A DNA stretch of 64,000 nt. Source: a virus. The translations under genes and the position numbers were made by a program. The notes under the pieces were generated by a model. The model was not told the origin of the DNA, ran no database searches, and was given only the letters and a program-made list of their open reading frames with translations. The stretch lies in IMG/VR virus record IMGVR_UViG_3300009180_000022. One strand, written 5' to 3'. Below are positions 57,213 through 64,000 of this stretch, piece by piece. Positions within the stretch are counted from its first letter, which is position 1. Each line of letters begins with the position of its first letter.

Positions 57213-57654
57213 GTGGGATATTAGGTTCATGTTGATGGCTCAAGGGATTAGTAAATGGTCTCAAGACCCATCAACACAGGTAGGTTCGGTAATTGCGTCT
57301 GGTGATCACCGAATCTTATCCCTAGGATATAATGGGTTTCCGCGAGGGGTAGAAGATCATATCGAACGATATCAAAATAAAGTTCTTAAACATAAACTGG
57401 TATGTCATGCCGAGCGTAATGCGTTGGATAATGCCATGTTTGACGTAACAGGAGCCACTCTCTTTTCAACCTTATTTACATGCAACGAATGTGCAAAATC
57501 AATCATTCAACGCGGTATCAGAAGGGTAGTAGCCCCAACACCAGATCTTAAAAAAGACAATCCTTTTAATTGGAATGAAGCCCTTTTAATGTACAAAGAG
57601 TCAGATGTAAAGGTAACTTTACTTGATAACCTACCTTCTGAGACATATATATAA
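57172..57654 (+). CDS. cd: dCMP deaminase
   Basis: DPSTQVG, GYNG, HAERNA, CNECAKSIIQ. Confidence 0.9.
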   Translation: MTLRQQWTLTRERKWDIRFMLMAQGISKWSQDPSTQVGSVIASGDHRILSLGYNGFPRGVEDHIERYQNKVLKHKLVCHAERNALDNAMFDVTGATLFSTLFTCNECAKSIIQRGIRRVVAPTPDLKKDNPFNWNEALLMYKESDVKVTLLDNLPSETYI

Positions 57655-57660
57655 TATTAT

Positions 57661-57757
57661 CTCAGGGATGGGAACTAGGCTGGTACCCTAGTCAACACTA
57701 CCGCTGATGCCTTCGGGGTCAGTTTTTTACTAACTCGCTTAATAGGAGAAAAATATG
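57661..57757 (+). promoter_or_regulatory. ROSE-like RNA thermometer in hsp20 leader
   Basis: Hairpins ACTAGG/CCTAGT and CTGATGCC-TTCG-GGGTCAG; SD hairpin CTCGCT-TAAT-AGGAG with bulged G. Confidence 0.6.
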
Positions 57758-58276
57758 ACTGATTTTAATATCGGAAAAATCGCTTTTGGTCCAGCATTCA
57801 AGGACTTCGACAAATTCTTTGTCGGGTACGACGACCAATTCAACAGGATGGCTAAGATGCATGACGATCTTACAAAATCCATTCCAAACTACCCACCATA
57901 CAATATCAAGAAGACAGGCGATACTACTTACGTAATCGAACTGGCTGTTGCTGGCTTTGCCAGACAGGATATTGAGATCGAGCTTGCCGATGGTAAGATG
58001 TTGATCAAGGGTAATGTAAAATCTGATGATGCTGATAACGTTGAGAATTTCCTCTTTAAAGGAATTGCCAACCGTTCATTTACTCGCGCTTTTGCTTTAG
58101 ACGATCAAATTGAAGTTAAAGATGCCGAGATGCTTAATGGTATGCTACAGGTATTCCTAGAGCGTATTATTCCAGAGCACAAAAAGCCAAAGAAGGTTGA
58201 GGTTAAAGAAAAGTCTCCTACCAAATCCAAAGGTAAAGAGCTTCTTATGGAAGACCCACAAGGTCGCGACCTATAA
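57755..58276 (+). CDS. hsp20: Small heat-shock protein (IbpA/Hsp20)
   Basis: NYPPYNI, IELAVAGF, KGIANRSF, NGML, IPEHKKP. Confidence 0.95.
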   Translation: MTDFNIGKIAFGPAFKDFDKFFVGYDDQFNRMAKMHDDLTKSIPNYPPYNIKKTGDTTYVIELAVAGFARQDIEIELADGKMLIKGNVKSDDADNVENFLFKGIANRSFTRAFALDDQIEVKDAEMLNGMLQVFLERIIPEHKKPKKVEVKEKSPTKSKGKELLMEDPQGRDL

Positions 58277-58279
58277 TCC

Positions 58280-58301
58280 AAGCCGGCCCAGCCGGCTTTT
58301 T
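58280..58301 (+). terminator. Rho-independent terminator after hsp20
   Basis: AAGCCGGC-CCA-GCCGGCTT then T run. Confidence 0.75.
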
Positions 58302-58324
58302 AATTTACAAAATTAAGGAAACCT

Positions 58325-58525
58325 ATGCACGAAACAAAAACCGGGCTACAAGCCCTAATGGACCTCAAGTTTGATGTACCGCAATTTAAACTTTTTTGGG
58401 ATTGGGTAAAACAAACGTTCTCTGGCGACTACAGAAGCGAAATCGATCGATACCTCGCCGACTCCGTCGACCATGCCGATGTTGAACGTAGAATTATGCA
58501 TCTTACAAGACGCGGCCTAATCTAA
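58325..58525 (+). CDS. Small protein resembling DUF3563
   Basis: YLADSVDHADVERR. Confidence 0.55.
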   Translation: MHETKTGLQALMDLKFDVPQFKLFWDWVKQTFSGDYRSEIDRYLADSVDHADVERRIMHLTRRGLI

Positions 58526-58532
58526 GTAGTAT

Positions 58533-58562
58533 GTTGCATTAGTATAGAATCTCCCCTATACT
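58533..58562 (+). promoter_or_regulatory. Early promoter upstream of gp43
   Basis: TTGCAT-N17-TATACT. Confidence 0.65.
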
Positions 58563-58608
58563 ACATAATTATGAACGCCTGGTATGTTGCAGGCAACTTG
58601 AGGAAAAT

Positions 58609-61143
58609 ATGGCTTTCTATACTAATGTACATTTGCATAAAAATGAGTTCCTCATTAGAGGATATGAGAACGGAAACAAGGTTCAATACACCGTACAGTG
58701 TGAACCCTGGCTCTTCACAAACGATAGATCTGGTGGGGAGGAGTTTAAGACCCTAGATGGTAAAACAGTTTTCAAAAAACGTTTTGATAGCATTTACGAT
58801 GCACGTAACTATCTAAAGGAAACCGAAGGGGTTTCTGGTAAGTATGTATTCGGGATGACAAATTGGATCTATCCTTTTATTAACGATCACTTTCCTGGTG
58901 TTATTGATTATGATTCAAAGTTAATAGCTGTAACCACAATCGATATTGAGACTGACTCAACTGGCGGGTTTCCAGATATCAATACGGCCGATAAGCAGAT
59001 AACTGCTATCACCGTACGCAAAGAGGATAAACTAGTTACTCTTGCCTATTATGACTATACCCCGGAATCAGATAACGTTACCTACATCAAGTGCACTGAT
59101 GAGGCTACGCTACTGAGTAAATTTATTCAGGTATGGAGATCAGCTCAGTTTAACCCAGATATTGTTACGGGCTGGAACTGTGAGTTCTTTGATATGCCAT
59201 ATCTTATCAATCGTATTACTCGTATTCTCGGCCCTGAGGCAGCCAAGCGTCTTTCTCCATGGGGAATACTATCATTACGTGAAGCCGATATCAACGGCCG
59301 AATATTTACCATACCAATTATCGTGGGTATTACTATCCTTGACTATCTACAGTTGTATCGTAAGTTTTCATTCACAATGCAGGAGAGTTACAAGCTAGAT
59401 CATATTGCTAACGTAGTGCTTGGTGAGCGTAAACTTGATTATACTGAACTCGGATTTGCAAACCTTGATGAGTTTTATAAAGGTGACTTTAAAAACTATA
59501 TTAACTATAACATACGCGACGTAGACTTAGTTTACCGTATGGATGATAAGCTGAGATTTATCGATCAAGTATTTGCGCTGGCATATGACGGTAAGGTTAA
59601 CTACCTTGATACGTATACATCAGTTCGTATGTGGGATGTTATTATCCATAACTACCTTATCGACCATAACATTGTAGTACCAATGTTTGATCCCAGTGAA
59701 CGTGAAGCGCATGAAGGTATTGAGGGCGCGTATGTTAAGGATCCTCAGACCGGGCTTCATAAGTGGGTTGTCTCGTTCGACTTGAATAGTTTGTATCCGC
59801 ATTTGATTATGCAGTACAATATTAGCCCTGAAACATATAAAGGTATGTTTGCCCATCTTAACGTTTCTGATGGGGTGGATAAAATCCTTAATGGTGCACT
59901 AAATGACATCGGTATTCGTAGGGAAATGGAAACCCAGAACTATACTGTAGCGGCAACAGGATGTTATTTTGATCGAGACCGTCAAGGCTTCCTTCCAAAG
60001 CTAATGGAGAAAATGTATAACGACCGCGTATTGTTTAAGAAGGAAATGATTACTGCAAAGAAGAAATATGAAGCTAATCCTTCCTATGAATTTGAGAAGG
60101 AAATCTCCAGATGCCATAATATGCAGCTAGCAAAGAAGATTCAACTTAACTCCGCATATGGTGCTTTAGGTAATCGCTTCTTCCGCTGGTTTGACCCTAA
60201 GTATGCCGAATCAATTACTAAGTCCGGTCAACTGTCTATTCGATGGATGGAGAACCATATTAATATCTACCTGAATAAGCTGCTTAAGACAACAGGGATA
60301 GACTATGTTATCGCGGTAGACACTGACTCGATGTACATTACCCTAGATAGACTTGTACAACAGGTTATCCCAGGGGCTACTGATGATAAGATAGTTAAAT
60401 TCCTTGATGAAGTATGTGAGAAGAAGATAGAGCCATTCATTGATAAATGTTACGCTGAACTTGCAGTATACGTTAACGCATTCGACCAGAAGATGCAGAT
60501 GAAGCGTGAAGCGATTGCCAATAAAGGTATATTTACTGCAAAGAAACGCTACATCCTTAACGTGTATAATAACGAGGGTGTGCAGTACACCGAACCTAAA
60601 CTTAAGATGATGGGTATCGAGGCTGTAAGATCGTCAACACCGGCTGCTATTAGGAATAACTTTAAAGCTGCTATCAACATTATTATGAATGCATCAGAGA
60701 CTGAGCTGCAGCAATATGTTGCAAAGCAGCGTGACGAGTTTAAGAAGCTTCCATTCGAAGATGTTGCCTTTCCAAGGGGATGTAAGGAGCTGGAAAAGTG
60801 GGCTGATTATAGTGGTGGTAAGATCTTTAGGTTGGGTACTCCTATCCACGTTAAAGGTGCTATTCTATACAATTACTTTATCAAGGAAAAGAATCTTACT
60901 GAAAAATATGAGTTGGTGCATAGAGGTTCTAAGATTAAATTCTGCTATCTCAAAACGCCTAATTACCTTGGCGAACATGTAATTTCAACACCAGGTAAAT
61001 TACCTAGAGAACTTGATCTTGATCATCTGGTTGATTATGACAAGCAATTTGATAAGGCCTTCCTTGAACCACTTGGCACTATATTAGGTGTCATTGGTTG
61101 GGAAGCAGAAAAACGTAGTACATTAGTAAGGTTCTTCTCATGA
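58609..61143 (+). CDS. gp43: Family B DNA polymerase gp43
   Basis: Exo IDIET, SFDLNSLYP, KIQLNSAYG, DTDS, KKRY. Confidence 0.97.
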   Translation: MAFYTNVHLHKNEFLIRGYENGNKVQYTVQCEPWLFTNDRSGGEEFKTLDGKTVFKKRFDSIYDARNYLKETEGVSGKYVFGMTNWIYPFINDHFPGVIDYDSKLIAVTTIDIETDSTGGFPDINTADKQITAITVRKEDKLVTLAYYDYTPESDNVTYIKCTDEATLLSKFIQVWRSAQFNPDIVTGWNCEFFDMPYLINRITRILGPEAAKRLSPWGILSLREADINGRIFTIPIIVGITILDYLQLYRKFSFTMQESYKLDHIANVVLGERKLDYTELGFANLDEFYKGDFKNYINYNIRDVDLVYRMDDKLRFIDQVFALAYDGKVNYLDTYTSVRMWDVIIHNYLIDHNIVVPMFDPSEREAHEGIEGAYVKDPQTGLHKWVVSFDLNSLYPHLIMQYNISPETYKGMFAHLNVSDGVDKILNGALNDIGIRREMETQNYTVAATGCYFDRDRQGFLPKLMEKMYNDRVLFKKEMITAKKKYEANPSYEFEKEISRCHNMQLAKKIQLNSAYGALGNRFFRWFDPKYAESITKSGQLSIRWMENHINIYLNKLLKTTGIDYVIAVDTDSMYITLDRLVQQVIPGATDDKIVKFLDEVCEKKIEPFIDKCYAELAVYVNAFDQKMQMKREAIANKGIFTAKKRYILNVYNNEGVQYTEPKLKMMGIEAVRSSTPAAIRNNFKAAINIIMNASETELQQYVAKQRDEFKKLPFEDVAFPRGCKELEKWADYSGGKIFRLGTPIHVKGAILYNYFIKEKNLTEKYELVHRGSKIKFCYLKTPNYLGEHVISTPGKLPRELDLDHLVDYDKQFDKAFLEPLGTILGVIGWEAEKRSTLVRFFS

Positions 61144-61391
61144 ATATAAAAGACGATGATTTTGACTTTGGATTTACAACAATAAGTGAAACAGACCTTA
61201 CATCAGGTCAGGATCAATTAACCAAGCAGCTACAATCACTATACAACGCAATCATTCCTTTACTTAAAAATCTCCAGAGTAATCCAGACAAAGATTACAT
61301 TAACTGGCCAAATAGAGTCAAGAAGATTCAAGAGTTTAAGACTAAGATTGACGAAATTGTAGGGGATTCAATTACTAAGAAGAAGATTTAA
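61140..61391 (+). CDS. Conserved T4-like hypothetical protein
   Basis: DDFDFGFT, NPDKDYINWPNR. Confidence 0.7.
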   Translation: MNIKDDDFDFGFTTISETDLTSGQDQLTKQLQSLYNAIIPLLKNLQSNPDKDYINWPNRVKKIQEFKTKIDEIVGDSITKKKI

Positions 61392-61421
61392 GTTGCTATA
61401 AACGTGATTATGGATTATAAT
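61392..61421 (+). promoter_or_regulatory. Early promoter upstream of uvsX
   Basis: TTGCTA-N17-TATAAT followed by TGGATAC. Confidence 0.75.
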
Positions 61422-61443
61422 TGGATACATTTAAGGAGAGTAT

Positions 61444-62514
61444 ATGAGTTTTTTTCGTGATTTGATTTCGGAGATAAAAGATGAAGACACTATTATTGCC
61501 GCTGACGGTACTGGTTCTGCTGAGTTTGGTGGCTTTATTGATACTGGCAGCTATATTCTCAACGGCGTCCTCTCTGGTAGCCTCTATGGCGGCATACCTG
61601 ATAACAAGATTACTGCTTTTGCAGGAGAATCTGCTACTGGTAAAACTTACTTCGTACTTGGTGTCGTTAGAGCCTTCCTTGACAAAAACCCCACAGGAGC
61701 AGTCGTCTACTACGACACCGAAGCCGCGGTCACGAAAAGCATGATGGAATCTCGAGGTATTGATACCTCAAGGGTCATTATTGCCGAGCCAGATACAATT
61801 CAGAAATTTAGAACCCATGTATTAAAAATGCTAGAAGCATATGACAAACACCCAGTCGATAAACGCCCCCCTATGATGATGGTGCTCGACAGCCTTGGTC
61901 TTCTATCCACAACTAAAGAGTTGGAAGATAGTACTGAAGGAAAAGAAACACGCGATATGACTAAGGCCCAGACTATTAAGGCTACATTCCGTGTCTTGAC
62001 ACTTAAGCTTGCAAAAGTTAAAGTGCCAATGCTTGTGACCAATCACGTATATGATTTGGTTGGTTCTTATATTCCTACTAAGGAGATGGGCGGTGGATCA
62101 GGTCTCAAATACGCAGCTAGCACGATTGTTTATCTCGGAAAAAAGAAAGAACGAGATGGAGATGAAATCGTCGGAAATATTATCAAAGTTACCATGCACA
62201 AGTCAAGACTTTCAAAGGAAAATAGTAAAGTCGAAGTGTTACTTACTTACACCAGCGGGCTTGACAAACACTATGGTCTCTTAGATCTAGCAGAAAAGTA
62301 TAAGATCATTAATAAGGTATCGACTAGGTATGAGATGCCAGATGGTAAGAAGGTATTTGGTAAGGAGATTAACCGTAATCCTGAACTATACTTTACCGAT
62401 GAAATTATGGCAAAATTAGAAGCAGCAGCAAAGACAGAATTTAGTTATGGAGTAACACCTCATGTCATATTAGGAGTAACACCTCATGTCATATTACAAG
62501 ACGATATCAGTTGA
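61444..62514 (+). CDS. uvsX: RecA-like recombinase UvsX
   Basis: [39 protein letters not shown]. Confidence 0.95.
   Translation: MSFFRDLISEIKDEDTIIAADGTGSAEFGGFIDTGSYILNGVLSGSLYGGIPDNKITAFAGESATGKTYFVLGVVRAFLDKNPTGAVVYYDTEAAVTKSMMESRGIDTSRVIIAEPDTIQKFRTHVLKMLEAYDKHPVDKRPPMMMVLDSLGLLSTTKELEDSTEGKETRDMTKAQTIKATFRVLTLKLAKVKVPMLVTNHVYDLVGSYIPTKEMGGGSGLKYAASTIVYLGKKKERDGDEIVGNIIKVTMHKSRLSKENSKVEVLLTYTSGLDKHYGLLDLAEKYKIINKVSTRYEMPDGKKVFGKEINRNPELYFTDEIMAKLEAAAKTEFSYGVTPHVILGVTPHVILQDDIS
62449..62496 (+). repeat. Perfect 24 bp tandem duplication
   Basis: GGAGTAACACCTCATGTCATATTA x2 (GVTPHVIL twice in UvsX). Confidence 0.95.
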
Positions 62515-62701
62515 AGCGGAAGTTTGTCTAGAAGATTTTGATGATGAAGATATAGAAAAAGAATACGATGCGCGTTTTGGTAATACAAAGCACGAATCTG
62601 TATGGCATGATCTTTATGAGCTTCGTATCACTAAGTCACAAGAAGCATTTCTAGCTAAGATTGATAAAATAGTTATGGATAGAACCGGTCGAATTTTATG
62701 A
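62486..62701 (+). CDS. Hypothetical protein
   Basis: AGGAG RBS from second repeat copy. Confidence 0.65.
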   Translation: MSYYKTISVEAEVCLEDFDDEDIEKEYDARFGNTKHESVWHDLYELRITKSQEAFLAKIDKIVMDRTGRIL

Positions 62702-63867
62702 CCATAACGTTTGATCCTATTCTTAACGAACTTAAAAGGTATTCTGATACAGCTCAGCATAAGCCATGGCCACCAAGAAGAAGCAAAGGTTTGAGACGTG
62801 GTAGAACAGGCAAACGGTTTATTAAAAAATGGGCATGGGACACAATGGAAGTCCATTCATCGAAAGTAAAAATGAGTAATTCTGATATTTTTTTAGGCGC
62901 ATCAGACGTAACCGATTACATTACCGGTCAAGTTATGTTTGCGCGTTCAGCAAAACAAATGGAAACTTTCCACAGGGAGTTCACCATCCTGGCTACTCGT
63001 TCTGAGTGGCAAAAGGAGATGCTGCTTAGCGAACTGCGTATTACCCAGATTCGTGAGAATAATGGTATGCTATCAGATGATGAGAATCTTTCGTATTTTA
63101 CATATGAGATTAGCTCTTCATCCGTAATTGTTCGTGTATATGGCAATCAAGACTTTGTATCAAAGTGGTACGATACTTTCATTGGCAAATACGAAGAAGT
63201 TAAGAATGTCATCGAATGGATTTACAACTCCGATGGATCTAGTATTGAGATACCTGTTCGCGCAGATAGGGTACCAGTAGAAGAAATGTATCCGTTCCTT
63301 AATGGTGAGTCTCTTGGAGATTATTACGATAGGTTCCTTCATTCATCGGCGTCTATCCTACTGCTTATTGGACCTCCAGGCACTGGAAAGACAACCTTCA
63401 TTCGCGGACTGTTACAGCATGCAGAACTATCAGCAATGGTAACATACGATACAGGAATCCTTGCAAAAGACTACATGTTTGCCAACTTCATTGAAGGTGA
63501 TCGTAACGTTCTGATTATTGAAGATGCAGATAACTTCCTTGGTGCTCGTACTGAGGGTAATGACTTTATGCATAAGTTTCTAAACGTAGGTGATGGACTT
63601 GTAACAACTAAGAATAAGAAGATGATATTTTCAACCAATCTTTCTTCTATTAAGGATATTGACTCTGCACTTGTTCGGCCAGGGCGTTGTTTTGATGTTG
63701 TTTCATTTAGGAACCTTGATCAAAATGAAGCTAACGCACTTGCAAAACGACTAGATGTAGGCATAGAAGGTACAAAGCCAGAATGGAGTATTGCTGATAT
63801 CTTTCACAAACAAATTGAAGCTTCAAAGAGCATGAAAAGTATAAAGCGTACACTAGGATTTATGTAG
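62698..63867 (+). CDS. AAA+ ATPase (start uncertain)
   Basis: GPPGTGKT, IIEDAD, FSTN, DSALVRPGR. Confidence 0.85.
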   Translation: MTITFDPILNELKRYSDTAQHKPWPPRRSKGLRRGRTGKRFIKKWAWDTMEVHSSKVKMSNSDIFLGASDVTDYITGQVMFARSAKQMETFHREFTILATRSEWQKEMLLSELRITQIRENNGMLSDDENLSYFTYEISSSSVIVRVYGNQDFVSKWYDTFIGKYEEVKNVIEWIYNSDGSSIEIPVRADRVPVEEMYPFLNGESLGDYYDRFLHSSASILLLIGPPGTGKTTFIRGLLQHAELSAMVTYDTGILAKDYMFANFIEGDRNVLIIEDADNFLGARTEGNDFMHKFLNVGDGLVTTKNKKMIFSTNLSSIKDIDSALVRPGRCFDVVSFRNLDQNEANALAKRLDVGIEGTKPEWSIADIFHKQIEASKSMKSIKRTLGFM

Positions 63868-63872
63868 AAATT

Positions 63873-64000
63873 ATGATCGAGCAAACAATATTCAGTAACC
63901 TTATTTTTAATGAGACCTATGCTCGTAAGTCTCTTCCCTTTATCAAAGAGGAATACTTTCAGACAAGGATTGATAAAACCCTTTACAGGATTATAACAGA
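63873..64000 (+). CDS. gp41: Replicative helicase gp41, N-terminal fragment (runs off window)
   Basis: MIEQTIFSNLIFNETYARKSLPFIKEEYF resembles the gp41 N-terminus; position after uvsX. Confidence 0.8.
   Translation, partial: MIEQTIFSNLIFNETYARKSLPFIKEEYFQTRIDKTLYRIIT

Noticed and set aside
58609-61143. Intron, intein or split in gp43 (also gp17, gp20, gp46)
   Set aside because: Lengths and motif spacing look normal

Overview
64 kb of a T4-like (Tevenvirinae/Kyanoviridae-style core) myovirus genome, almost entirely + strand, standard genetic code. 1-14.2 kb: neck, terminase, tail and head genes (gp13-gp23, gp3). 14.2-19.9 kb: uvsY, uvsW, gp55, gp47, gp46. 20.1-30.2 kb: peptide deformylase, then a large 7-deazaguanine DNA-modification cluster (queE, queD, folE, dpdA-like transglycosylase, PurN-like formyltransferase, P-loop kinase, queF, MazG-like protein, queC, class II glutamine amidotransferase, dUTPase-family protein) plus glycosyl- and methyltransferase-like genes. 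30.2-33.5 kb: gp45, gp44, gp62, regA. 33.5-57.7 kb is an accessory region between regA and hsp20/gp43. It holds probable capsid-targeted internal proteins, a GC-richer array of small early genes each headed by a repeated sigma70-type promoter/RBS cassette, a paralogous mini-gene family, a candidate ~139-nt structured ncRNA, RNA repair enzymes, an adhesin-like gene broken by one in-frame TAA, a PlcP-like phospholipase plus glycosyltransferase, and an ArfA-like peptide. 57.7-64 kb: hsp20 with a ROSE-like leader, gp43, uvsX, an AAA ATPase and the start of gp41. No tRNA or CRISPR array seen. All calls come from motif recognition by eye; no database searches or folding programs were run.
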